Below, piece by piece: positions 37,354 to 45,504 of a DNA stretch of 45,941 nucleotides. Made by a program: the position numbers and the translations under genes. The stretch is from a virus. Its lineage: Duplodnaviria > Caudoviricetes. The notes under the pieces were generated by a model. It saw only the letters and a program-made list of their open reading frames with translations. It made no database searches and was not told the DNA's origin. Location of the stretch: the IMG/VR virus record IMGVR_UViG_3300022217_000002, positions 1 through 45,941 of that record. The stretch is one strand, 5' to 3'. Each line of letters starts with the position of its first letter. The stretch's first letter is position 1.

Positions 37354-37592
37354 AGTTCATACACGGGTGGTCGTCCGCCTTCCACGACCGCGTTGATGGG
37401 GTCGTAGTTTCGTGCGCCATCTCGGTTCAGGCCCCGACAAGAGAGACTGCAATACGCAAGATGGCGCTACTTGGCTACGAAGTCGTCAACAAAGACCTTG
37501 TCTATGAAACCGTTACGATTGAATGCCGGGGCGGAATCAAAGAGCAGCGTTTGTTAGACGAACGGTTGGCTGTCAAGAGAGGCGGTGCATAG
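37350..37592 (+). CDS. Hypothetical protein
   Basis: Coupled ORF with SD. Confidence 0.6.
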   Translation: MKFIHGWSSAFHDRVDGVVVSCAISVQAPTRETAIRKMALLGYEVVNKDLVYETVTIECRGGIKEQRLLDERLAVKRGGA

Positions 37593-38026
37593 TGAGCGAA
37601 CAAACACACAAGAGAAACCTACGTTTTTTTGTTCCGTGCATCCCCCCGAAGGCCACCAGCCAACAAAAGGGAATCATGATGATTGGAGGGAAGCCGCGCC
37701 ACTTCAAAAAAGCACACGTGAGGGAGGCGGAGGACACCATAACTTCGCTCTTTGCAGAGCACCGTCCCGACATGCCGTTCCAAGGGGCGGTAAAACTAAC
37801 CGTTTACTGGACATACCCTTGGCGGAAATCGGAACCAAAGAAAAACAGGGCTGGCGGAAGAAAGTGGTGCGACACCCGCCCCGACTGCTCGAACATCGTG
37901 AAAATGGTCGAAGACTGCCTAACGCGGCTCAACTTCTGGAATGACGATTCGCAGGTAGCCGCCCTCCACGTTGAGAAAGGATGGGGAGATGCGCCGGGAA
38001 TAGGAATAAGAATCGAGGAACTATGA
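37592..38026 (+). CDS. rusA: RusA-family Holliday junction resolvase
   Basis: RPDCSNIVKMVEDCL and WNDDSQV motifs. Confidence 0.88.
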   Translation: MSEQTHKRNLRFFVPCIPPKATSQQKGIMMIGGKPRHFKKAHVREAEDTITSLFAEHRPDMPFQGAVKLTVYWTYPWRKSEPKKNRAGGRKWCDTRPDCSNIVKMVEDCLTRLNFWNDDSQVAALHVEKGWGDAPGIGIRIEEL

Positions 38027-38050
38027 TTAAAACAACAAAGGAGAATAGTC

Positions 38051-38323
38051 ATGGATCAGGGAAGTACCGCAAAGCGAAACCCCGAAGTAGTGCAGGCCCA
38101 AGATATGTTGGACCACGCAATCGACAAGCTCGGTTGCGTGGTGGATGAAATCCAAATAAAGGCTGCGTCTGTTCTGAGACAAGGGCCCTCAGCCAGCCCG
38201 GACGACACAACTAGGGAAACCCAGTTTGCAACGCCTCTGGCGCAAAGCCTTGAGGCTCTGGCGCACAAGGCTGAGCGATTCGCTTTCAATGGGGAGGATC
38301 TCCTCAACAGGATCGAGGTTTAG
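38051..38323 (+). CDS. Hypothetical protein
   Basis: AAGGAG SD; 90 aa. Confidence 0.65.
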   Translation: MDQGSTAKRNPEVVQAQDMLDHAIDKLGCVVDEIQIKAASVLRQGPSASPDDTTRETQFATPLAQSLEALAHKAERFAFNGEDLLNRIEV

Positions 38324-38327
38324 AATT

Positions 38328-38495
38328 TGCCGGGAACGGGGCGGAAGAGGTATTCGGCGGCCTCCCTTGAGGGGGCGGTAATCTTTCCGGCGAGATTAAT
38401 GTCACCGGCAACAACGGTGCGGCCTGGGTCAACGCACCGTTTGGACAAACAAGAACAAGCCGTGTGTACGACCGAACGGTCCCTGTTCCCCGGCA
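38328..38495 (+). ncRNA. Candidate structured RNA
   Basis: Closing helix 38328-38341/38480-38495 encloses two hairpin domains in an intergenic gap. Confidence 0.5.
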
Positions 38496-38560
38496 TTGTT
38501 TAGTACGAGCAAAGGAGTTCGCGTTCTCGCTTCTGTGAGGGGTTGCGGGAGGCACTGACA

Positions 38561-38686
38561 ATGGGCATGAACAAGCAAAAGGGCAATATGTTCGACTGGG
38601 TCACCCACACCCACACCCACATCGTCTACGAACTATTTAAGCTTGGCTTGATGGAAGAGGAAGGGGTCGAGCGATGTGTTGGATAA
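38561..38686 (+). pseudogene. Truncated DUF5131/Gp37Gp68-like gene
   Basis: GGAGG SD; MNKQKGNMFDWVTHT matches the recalled family N-terminus; the CxxxCxxC part is missing after an ACCCAC repeat. Confidence 0.5.
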
Positions 38687-39090
38687 AGCACCAAACCCAA
38701 CCAACAGACAACTCGTGTGTCGCGGCCTGCATTGCCATGGCCTGCAATAAACCCGTCAAAGAGATCATGGCGAAGTTCCACAACCCCGAGTGTGGCATCG
38801 CGTTTGACGAAACCATTAGCGCACTCGCGGATGAGGGCGTTCCATCTATTCAGTATGCAAGCGGTAGCTTTATGCCGTGGGGGAGGACGTTCCTAATAAC
38901 TGTTCCCAGCTTGAATGCCGAGGCTATGAACCATGCCGTCATCATACACGCCAATTCTTCTAAAGACGGGATCACCATATACGACCCGAATGACGGCAGA
39001 GAAGGCAAGAAAGTGTATGGCCGAGATTGTGACCTAAAATGCTACGCCGAAATTGTTGAGATATTCCCACCAGAAGAGGCCAAGCAATGA
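38674..39090 (+). CDS. Peptidase C39-like protein
   Basis: QTQPTDNSCVAACIAM, NHAVI and IYDPN give the Cys-His-Asp triad. Confidence 0.8.
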   Translation: MCWIKHQTQPTDNSCVAACIAMACNKPVKEIMAKFHNPECGIAFDETISALADEGVPSIQYASGSFMPWGRTFLITVPSLNAEAMNHAVIIHANSSKDGITIYDPNDGREGKKVYGRDCDLKCYAEIVEIFPPEEAKQ

Positions 39091-39431
39091 GCACCCCCGA
39101 CATTCTCTATCTAATACTCAAGAAGAAGTGGTTCGACCTCATGGTTGCGGGCAAGAAGGATATCGAGTACCGCGAGTGCAAGCCATACTGGAAACAACGC
39201 CTTGAATTTCCCGTGGTTGGTCCAATGCCTTTTGATGAGGTCCATATCTGCAACGGCTACGGAAGATGCCGACCGGCGATTGTGCGCACGTTTATTAAAA
39301 CGCACATGTATAGGCACGCTTTAAACCGCGAAAAGTATTTCCTGTACCCCCAAAATGGCGAGCCGCTCATTGAAGGCGGCTGGTACTACGCCATCGAGCT
39401 GGGGCCGATTACAGAAAGGCGGAACTGCTGA
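39087..39431 (+). CDS. ASCH domain protein
   Basis: LKKKWFDLMVAGKKDIEYRECKPYW and NGY motifs. Confidence 0.85.
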   Translation: MSTPDILYLILKKKWFDLMVAGKKDIEYRECKPYWKQRLEFPVVGPMPFDEVHICNGYGRCRPAIVRTFIKTHMYRHALNREKYFLYPQNGEPLIEGGWYYAIELGPITERRNC

Positions 39432-39514
39432 TGAGGAAGATCACTACACCCGAAATGGAGCCTCAAGCGTCAGGTTCTGGACCTTGAGAAACAACTAAGG
39501 GAGTTAAGGGAGAA

Positions 39515-40096
39515 GTGCCGGACGACCACATAGACCTGTACGACGGATTTTCAGAGTGGGGCTGGTTTCAGGACAGCGAGTGCGTGCATCTGTTCGTCTA
39601 CATGCTTCTCAAGGCCAGAAGGCGCGACGGTCAGTACCGTAACCGAAAGATAAAGCGGGGTGAACTCGTAACGAGCTGCGAAAAGCTGTCTACGGCAACG
39701 GGCATCTCCGAACGGTCGATTAAAACCCGCATTCGGCGGATGTGCGAGAGCGGAGAAATCGAAACCAGAACCATCGACACGGACAAAGGCAGGTTCGGGG
39801 TTGTTAAGATCGTGAACTACGGCAAATACCAGAGAGACCCAAAGGCGTCGCAAAAGACTAAGGCTGCGAACCAAGAAACCGCCCGACAATTCAAAAAGCC
39901 GACCATTGAAGAGGTACAAGCATGCATCGAAGAGCGCGTTGCCAAAGGCAAGCCGAAAGTCGATGCCGAACGGTTTTGGAATTTCTACGAATCCAAGGGC
40001 TGGAAGGTCGGGAATCAGCCGATGAAAGACTGGAAGGCAGCTGTTCGCACTTGGGAAAACAAGAATCTGAGAGAGGACTACTTGAACTATGAATAG
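39515..40096 (+). CDS. Phage replication initiator-like protein
   Basis: HLFVYMLLKA...KRGELVTS wHTH, IVNYGKYQ, and C-terminal FWNFYESKGWKVG..PMKDWKAAVRTWE. Confidence 0.8.
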   Translation: MPDDHIDLYDGFSEWGWFQDSECVHLFVYMLLKARRRDGQYRNRKIKRGELVTSCEKLSTATGISERSIKTRIRRMCESGEIETRTIDTDKGRFGVVKIVNYGKYQRDPKASQKTKAANQETARQFKKPTIEEVQACIEERVAKGKPKVDAERFWNFYESKGWKVGNQPMKDWKAAVRTWENKNLREDYLNYE

Positions 40097-40715
40097 CGCC
40101 GAGGTTGAAGAGAATTGGGCGGCGCTCATGGAGTGCCACTTCAATTTCAAGCTGGATATGAGCATGCAGGCCGTGTGGTTCAGCCAACTGCGCCGCATGG
40201 TCGGGGGCTGGGGATACGACGCCGAAACCGAAGATCCGACAAAGGACGGGAAGGCAAAGATCATCAACCGCCACCTTTGCAAGGTCATCCCCTATATCGC
40301 CGGGATGGAAAGCGTGCCGCGCAAAAGGGCGGGAAGAAAAGATCCCGGTAGCAGGTTCAACGTCGGCGACCTTGCCCTATGGGTGTGGATCTACAACAGG
40401 CACCACCAGTCTGCGGACGCCGGCATTGTCAGTTTTGTTTACTTGGAGTGTGTCAAGCGAACCATACAGGATTTGCTTGCCCAGGGACGCGATGAACACG
40501 CCGCGATAGTCGCGACGGGCAACACCACGGCCTATTGCGACGTTGGAGAACTCGGAAGCAATCGCGGCCCCACTCCTGCGGAAGCCCGAGCCATCCATGA
40601 ATTTTGTCGGGAGATCGACTTCGACGCGCACGGCGTACTGATGGCACCTCTCGATGAAGCACAACAGTCCGTTGTAGGCGACATGACGGAAGAACTGGCG
40701 GAACAATGTCTGTAG
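40089..40715 (+). CDS. Hypothetical protein after replication initiator
   Basis: Overlapping 208-aa ORF. Confidence 0.65.
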   Translation: MNSAEVEENWAALMECHFNFKLDMSMQAVWFSQLRRMVGGWGYDAETEDPTKDGKAKIINRHLCKVIPYIAGMESVPRKRAGRKDPGSRFNVGDLALWVWIYNRHHQSADAGIVSFVYLECVKRTIQDLLAQGRDEHAAIVATGNTTAYCDVGELGSNRGPTPAEARAIHEFCREIDFDAHGVLMAPLDEAQQSVVGDMTEELAEQCL

Positions 40716-41089
40716 ATAAAAAAAAGAGCGGGAACACCGCAGAGGTCATGATTGCCGTCGGCAACTTTGCAGCCGATCCCAGCCATCAGAACGGGGCCGA
40801 TCTAATCGCCGCCGTGTGCGAGACTCGGGGATTGGATAAGAACAGCCGTATTCGCGTGCTGGACGCCTACATGGGCCAACCCCGCAAGAGAATCAGGTTC
40901 AGCGAAGCCAGGCGGCTCTGCGGGCTGACAGACGCCCGCTCGTGGCATACCCGATGCGAACGCGATCCCCGGTTCCGCGAAGTCACGATTTACAGGGAAA
41001 CCGAAAAGTCACACTACTGCTGGGAAGACGAAGTCATGCGTCTGCTGGCAATGCTTAATCAAGGAGAGCCCATAAATGAAAATCCATAG
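40706..41089 (+). CDS. Possible DNA-binding protein
   Basis: IRFSEARRLCGL wHTH-like C-half. Confidence 0.55.
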   Translation: MSVDKKKSGNTAEVMIAVGNFAADPSHQNGADLIAAVCETRGLDKNSRIRVLDAYMGQPRKRIRFSEARRLCGLTDARSWHTRCERDPRFREVTIYRETEKSHYCWEDEVMRLLAMLNQGEPINENP

Positions 41090-41648
41090 ACAGTCTGCGT
41101 TCCTAACCATGGTCGTGTTGGCCGCTGCGGCCCTTGCAGACCCGCCGCCCATCCCCGAACCGTCTACGAACGGTGGTTTTGCCTCGGCGTTGATGGAAAC
41201 ATTCGATCCGGACGACGCACTGCTTATTATGAGCTATCCCACAAGCCTCTGGCCCGTGGTTGCATCGGCTCGGGCGAACGCGGATCCGATTCCGTTTCCT
41301 CCACCACCCGAGATCTCGGGAATCGTCTATGTCACGAATCCCCCGCCGCGCCGCATGGTGTTCGAGATCGTTCCCCAATACCGCAGAAGCACGAACGAGC
41401 AGTGGCAATGCACGGACATGAGCTTGTTCGCCGTGCTTGAAGGGCCGGGTAGTCGCTTTTACCAGTTGGTTGTCGAAGAGGAAAAAGACGGTCTGGTTTC
41501 CATTGGTTCGCGCTGGCGGGAGTCGATGACCGATACAAACTGGAACTACGGACACATCGCGTTAATCGTCGCGGGCCTAAGCACCAATCTTGAATACAAG
41601 ACTAGCTTTGGAATTGAGTGCCTTGGGGGTTTTAGGGGGGACAGGTAA
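41076..41648 (+). CDS. Secreted Pro-rich hypothetical protein
   Basis: Signal peptide ending AALA-DPPP; AAGGAG SD. Confidence 0.7.
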   Translation: MKIHRQSAFLTMVVLAAAALADPPPIPEPSTNGGFASALMETFDPDDALLIMSYPTSLWPVVASARANADPIPFPPPPEISGIVYVTNPPPRRMVFEIVPQYRRSTNEQWQCTDMSLFAVLEGPGSRFYQLVVEEEKDGLVSIGSRWRESMTDTNWNYGHIALIVAGLSTNLEYKTSFGIECLGGFRGDR

Positions 41649-41686
41649 ACAAGGAGAATGAAAATGGGATTGGATACTACACACGG

Positions 41687-41914
41687 ATGCCACGCGCTGG
41701 TTATCTGCCGGATTCCTCCTTTCGAGTCTCAAAGGGCGGATCAGGAAGAAAGTTCCATTTACTCGGAAAAGATGGACTGTCTTTGTGCGGAGGAATCCTT
41801 CTCTGCAACGATGAGCGCGGGGAAGATTGGGAGAAATTGCCAACAATCCTTAAATGCAAGAAATGCCAAAAGGCAGATAACGGTACGGGTGACCGGCAAG
41901 AAAGGGCTCAATGA
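41687..41914 (+). CDS. Small cassette ORF with Cys/His motifs
   Basis: KFHLL...LCG...CKKC; spans cassette 41700-41881; start uncertain. Confidence 0.5.
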   Translation: MPRAGYLPDSSFRVSKGGSGRKFHLLGKDGLSLCGGILLCNDERGEDWEKLPTILKCKKCQKADNGTGDRQERAQ

Positions 41915-42002
41915 TGAAACGTAAATCGAAGGAATTGCACACGGACGAAGTACACGAAAATGGCGGAGCCTTTTCTTGTACGAGTCCAGCCGCTGGTTCT
42001 GA
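41875..42002 (-). repeat. attC-like site
   Basis: AAC...GCAAGAAAGGGCTC pairs with GAGCCTTTTCTTGT...GTT; the loop holds the next start codon. Confidence 0.75.
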
Positions 42003-42267
42003 TGAAGATCAGCTCGAAAAAACCAAGGAACTATATGCTTATCTCACGGGCGCTGGGTTGCCAGAAGGTGTTACATGCCCAACTCCGAAATTGGATTCAA
42101 ACGTTGCTTTCAGCGTGATTTGGTTTTTGCAGGAAGTCACAGGGGTGCTCCCTGACCACTTCGAGAAATGTTGCGAATGCGACGACATTTTTGACACCCA
42201 CTGCGCGGGTGATTATGACGAAAAAACTGGGGAGCACCGCTGTGATTCCTGCTTGGGCTATTACTGA
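41911..42267 (+). CDS. Cassette ORF with C-terminal zinc finger
   Basis: CCEC...CDSC; starts inside the attC loop. Confidence 0.7.
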   Translation: MMKRKSKELHTDEVHENGGAFSCTSPAAGSDEDQLEKTKELYAYLTGAGLPEGVTCPTPKLDSNVAFSVIWFLQEVTGVLPDHFEKCCECDDIFDTHCAGDYDEKTGEHRCDSCLGYY

Positions 42268-42268
42268 A

Positions 42269-42356
42269 ACAGAACGACGGGCGTGACCTGCGAGGCACAT
42301 AAACTGCAAACGTGAGGACGGGCGTTTTCCTCGTAAGGTCAACGCCTTGGTTGGAG
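42269..42356 (-). repeat. attC-like site
   Basis: Minus strand CTCCAAC-5-CGTTGACC...GGTCACG-6-GTTCTGT, the canonical box layout. Confidence 0.85.
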
Positions 42357-42408
42357 CATGGATTTTGATTTAACAGAAAACACTTGCGAGAATTGAAAGG
42401 AGAATGAA

Positions 42409-42987
42409 ATGGCTCTTGAAGGGTGGAGTGTTAAGAAGGTTGATCGAAGGGAAGTGCGAGACTTCATTGAGAGGTGGCACTATTCTGGCTCGATTAACGG
42501 ATGTATTGCTGATTTTTGCTACGCACTACTTGACAGCGAAGGCAAAATGAAAGGCGCAATGTTTTATGGCAGAATGGCGACGGCGAACCAGTGGAAAAGG
42601 TTCTCTGACAAGCCGGATAACGTGATTGAACTCCGCAGACTGTGCTGCGTGGATGAAACTCCAAGAAACGCGGAAAGCTTTTTTATTGGGAGATCGTTAA
42701 GGCTCCTGAAAAAAGATTGGGGATCGGGAGTTGTGGTTTCATACGCCGACAAAGAATACGGGCATGGTGGAACTATCTACAAGGCCAGCAACTTTGAAAT
42801 GGTTGGAGAAATCAAAGGGGCGCGAGTGATTATGTTTGGAGGGAAGAGATACCACGACAAAACCATCCGCACAAAATATAAAGGAAAGCTCAAGCCTTTC
42901 GCAAAACGGATTAAAGAGGCGCTAGACACAGGAGAGGCGTTTTACAAAACCACAAAGGGTAAATTCACCTATGCGCGTAATATATAG
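42409..42987 (+). CDS. Mom-like (GNAT-fold) DNA modification protein
   Basis: FIERWHYS, IELRRL, PRNAESFFI and VVSYAD...GH.GTIYKASNF motifs. Confidence 0.8.
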   Translation: MALEGWSVKKVDRREVRDFIERWHYSGSINGCIADFCYALLDSEGKMKGAMFYGRMATANQWKRFSDKPDNVIELRRLCCVDETPRNAESFFIGRSLRLLKKDWGSGVVVSYADKEYGHGGTIYKASNFEMVGEIKGARVIMFGGKRYHDKTIRTKYKGKLKPFAKRIKEALDTGEAFYKTTKGKFTYARNI

Positions 42988-43128
42988 ACCCAACGCTGAG
43001 AGTGAGGGTTCCGATGGAAGTTGAACAATGCAGATGCTTTGACGGGGGATGGTGCCCTGTTCACAAGGATCAACCGATTGTGACCGTGACGCGCCTTCCA
43101 TCGGATACCCTCGACTCTTTTGTTGGGC
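42988..43128 (-). repeat. attC-like site (long)
   Basis: GAGAGTGAGGGTTCCGATGGAAG pairs with CTTCCATCGGA(T)ACCCTC(G)ACTCTT, leaving two extrahelical bases. Confidence 0.85.
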
Positions 43129-43210
43129 GTCATGCCGATTGCCCAGCACCAGACAGGGCGTGTCCTGGGGAACTCGACAACCGCATGTGTGCGCGGTGCA
43201 AATGGAAGAC

Positions 43211-43267
43211 GCCCAACAAAATTATGAGCCGCGAGCGTAGCGAGTAGGCTCCATGAACTGGTTGGAT
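43211..43267 (-). repeat. attC-like site (57 bp)
   Basis: Minus strand ATCCAAC-5-CATGGAGC-CTACTCGCTACGCTCGCG-GCTCATA-5-GTTGGGC. Confidence 0.88.
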
Positions 43268-43271
43268 TCAA

Positions 43272-43448
43272 ATGAAGATTGCATTAACAGACCATATGGG
43301 ATGGGCAATAAGGATGGCTGAACAAGATGGACTTAATCCTGTTGAGCTATGCGAGGCCGACTGGATGAAATATAACCGCGTGGGGTACCACACCGCGTGG
43401 GCCTTGTGCCGTTATTATGAGGATGCTCAAAATTATGAAAACCACTGA
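43272..43448 (+). CDS. 58-aa cassette ORF (not in ORF track)
   Basis: Hand-translated MKIALTDHMGWAIRM...; starts just after the attC core. Confidence 0.5.
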   Translation: MKIALTDHMGWAIRMAEQDGLNPVELCEADWMKYNRVGYHTAWALCRYYEDAQNYENH

Positions 43449-43593
43449 TCAGATAAATCATTTCGCAAAGGACCTGAACCGGCTGGTTGATCGCTACGCG
43501 ACGGAGTACGACTTACCTTTGGCGGCGGTGATAGGAACGCTTGAGATTAAGAAACAGGATTTAATCAATGAGCACGATGATGACTCGGAATAA
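43435..43593 (+). CDS. 52-aa cassette ORF (not in ORF track)
   Basis: MKTTDQINHFAKDLNRLVDRYATEYDLPLAAVIGTLEIKKQDL...; stop abuts the attC core. Confidence 0.6.
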   Translation: MKTTDQINHFAKDLNRLVDRYATEYDLPLAAVIGTLEIKKQDLINEHDDDSE

Positions 43594-43667
43594 ATCCAAC
43601 GCTACGGATCAGGGGCGGGTGCCCCAAAAGGAGACTTATGAAACAACCTAAACACGCGACGGGGCAC
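43594..43667 (-). repeat. Partial attC-like site
   Basis: One arm is nearly identical to the arms at 31188 and 44092; GTGCCCC/GGGGCAC stem present, outer partner arm missing. Confidence 0.6.
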
Positions 43668-43838
43668 AGTTGCAAGTTTAAGGATTTCGGCGGTGAAAAG
43701 AAGTGGGTGTGCCCCGGCTGCGGACACAAAATCTCCGATAAGGAGAAGGGGCTTGGCTCTAAATGTTGGCAGGGCTTTGAGTACGAACCTATTTGCACGG
43801 ATAACGCAGAGATGAGACGCGGGAAAGGCGGTGAATGA
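43638..43838 (+). CDS. Small zinc-finger-like cassette ORF
   Basis: AAAGGAG SD in the attC loop; CPGC...CSKC-like spacing (C..C and KCW). Confidence 0.6.
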   Translation: MKQPKHATGHSCKFKDFGGEKKWVCPGCGHKISDKEKGLGSKCWQGFEYEPICTDNAEMRRGKGGE

Positions 43839-43940
43839 AATGAGTGGTGCAACATGTGATACGTTAAGGCGTCTCGGCCGATGCCCGGAAAAAGAAAAGC
43901 GCGAGCCTTTACCCGTCGAATCTCCATCGGCTGGTTCTGT
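43799..43940 (-). repeat. attC-like site
   Basis: AAC..GATGAGA..CGGGAAAGGC pairs with GCCTTTACCCG..TCTC(C)ATC..GTT. Confidence 0.75.
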
Positions 43941-44145
43941 TTCTTCGGTTAGGCAGCAGCTTAACGCTGCAATGATCTCTGAGGCGGTGTTCATAGCCAT
44001 GTGCAGCAAAGAAGGGCTTGAGACCACCGATCAAATCAACGCATGTCGTAGGGTGATTATGAACCTCTGTAATCGGATCGAAAAGAAACAGAACGTCCCG
44101 GATCAGGGGCGGATGCCCGAAAAGGAGACTTATGAAACAAACTGA
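43831..44145 (+). CDS. Cassette ORF
   Basis: Starts in one attC loop and ends in the next. Confidence 0.55.
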   Translation: MNEMSGATCDTLRRLGRCPEKEKREPLPVESPSAGSVSSVRQQLNAAMISEAVFIAMCSKEGLETTDQINACRRVIMNLCNRIEKKQNVPDQGRMPEKETYETN

Positions 44146-44187
44146 AAACGTCGCGGGGCAGCCGTCCTCTGAAGATGCTTGTTCTAA
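44088..44187 (-). repeat. attC-like site
   Basis: AAC..TCAGGGGCGG.TGCCC pairs with GGGCA.CCGTCC(T)CTGA..GTT; SD and ATG in the loop. Confidence 0.75.
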
Positions 44188-44335
44188 ACCAACCATTAAC
44201 GATCTAAAAACGGCTCTATTCGAACTGGAGAGAGAAAGGCTCGTTTCCCAAATGTCAGGTCTTGAAACAGGCTTTGAGCACCCTAACACACAGGCGTTGT
44301 ATAACAGGGTGCTTAAGATAGCTCAAATGGTTTAG
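44132..44335 (+). CDS. Cassette ORF
   Basis: AAAGGAG SD; the TAG stop lies in the next attC core. Confidence 0.65.
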   Translation: MKQTENVAGQPSSEDACSKPTINDLKTALFELERERLVSQMSGLETGFEHPNTQALYNRVLKIAQMV

Positions 44336-44418
44336 AACGACCAGCCTAACCCGCGAGGCTAGAGACGTGGGCATCAAAAGGGGGCGTGGCACTCGTAGGG
44401 TTCAGGCTCTGGTTGTGT
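44332..44418 (-). repeat. attC-like site
   Basis: Minus strand ACACAAC-5-CCTGAACC...GGTTAGG-6-GTTCTAA, the canonical layout. Confidence 0.88.
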
Positions 44419-44486
44419 GGCCCTCTCAAACAAAGGTAAGCCGGAGTGAGGCACGAACTCGGGCTGGTAAAACAGAAACTGGACTT

Positions 44487-45368
44487 ATGATTATGCATGA
44501 ATTGCTTCCTACATTTGAACCAACCGATGCCGATCTTGTGGAGCAGGCTTTGGCCCAACCTCTTGATTTTAAGGTTAAGAACGCAATCGCGATTCTCCAA
44601 CAATTTGAAGGCCGCGCCAAAAAGTTATCTCCTTATGGATTCCATTTGGCGGATTCATTTGGAAAGGACTCTGGTGTGTGTCGAAAACTTCTTCAGCTTG
44701 CAGGTGTTGAATTTGGTGGCTGGCATAACAACACAACGATTGACGCCCCGGAATTGTTGAGATTTGGTAAAGCAATGCATCCAGATACGCAATGGTCGCA
44801 TGTTGGAAAACATATGGTGCTGGATCGTATGCCTGAAAAAGGAAATCCACCGACTCGTTGCGCTCGGTGGTGTTGCGCTGAATACAAAGAGTATGGCGGT
44901 GATGGGAAAGCGAAAGTTATTGGGGTGCGAATTGCTGAAAGCAAACGCCGCGCCGGAATCTGGAAACAGGTTAACGTCAATAAGCGCATGGGGTTGATTA
45001 TTGCTCCGATTGCGTATTGGACAGACAAAGATGTTTGGGATTTTACACACGGTGAAAGCATTCCTTACTCCGAATTATATGACGAGGGGTTTTCGCGTCT
45101 CGGTTGCATTGGGTGCCCACTGTCTGGACCATCTGGGCAGAAGCGAGAATTTGAGCGATGGCCGAAATACGAAAAACTCTGGATGATGGGTTTTGATCGT
45201 ATGTGGAAGCAATGGAAGGGAAGGATAGGGGTTCGATCTGGAACTGAGCGGTTTTGGTATAAGTTTGGTAGCCCTGAAGGGGTTTATGAGTGGTGGAGAT
45301 CGGGGACCGCAGATGGATACAACAACCGGGCGCAGTGCGTTTTTGAGGAGATGATGGAAAATGTGTGA
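44487..45368 (+). CDS. PAPS-reductase family (PP-loop, Fe-S) protein
   Basis: SFGKDS, PPTR..RWCC..YKE, GVRIAES..RA, PIAYW and RLGCIGCP motifs; start uncertain (44487 or 44493). Confidence 0.88.
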   Translation: MIMHELLPTFEPTDADLVEQALAQPLDFKVKNAIAILQQFEGRAKKLSPYGFHLADSFGKDSGVCRKLLQLAGVEFGGWHNNTTIDAPELLRFGKAMHPDTQWSHVGKHMVLDRMPEKGNPPTRCARWCCAEYKEYGGDGKAKVIGVRIAESKRRAGIWKQVNVNKRMGLIIAPIAYWTDKDVWDFTHGESIPYSELYDEGFSRLGCIGCPLSGPSGQKREFERWPKYEKLWMMGFDRMWKQWKGRIGVRSGTERFWYKFGSPEGVYEWWRSGTADGYNNRAQCVFEEMMENV

Positions 45369-45504
45369 AGCGTTGCGCAACCCTGTGCAAGCTGGCCGGA
45401 GGCACGACGGCGAGCGGGTGGTTCCGCTTTCTGTGCTTCTTAGGCCACACAACAGAGTAATAGGTGGAAAACTTTCCGCCATATCAAATATTGAAGGGCA
45501 ATAA

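Larger units (their letters stand above)
41685..45480 (-). mobile_element. Integron-like cassette array (attC cluster without intI)
   Basis: Seven complete attC-like hairpins plus partial sites; cassette ends are mutually complementary. Confidence 0.85.

Noticed and set aside
44487-45368. Auxiliary sulfur-metabolism cysH gene
   Set aside because: No other sulfate assimilation genes; cassette context near a Mom-like gene favours DNA modification, though this is untested.
41685-45480. CRISPR array or series of terminators
   Set aside because: The sites differ in sequence and length, separate whole ORFs, lack U-tracts, and show attC box structure.
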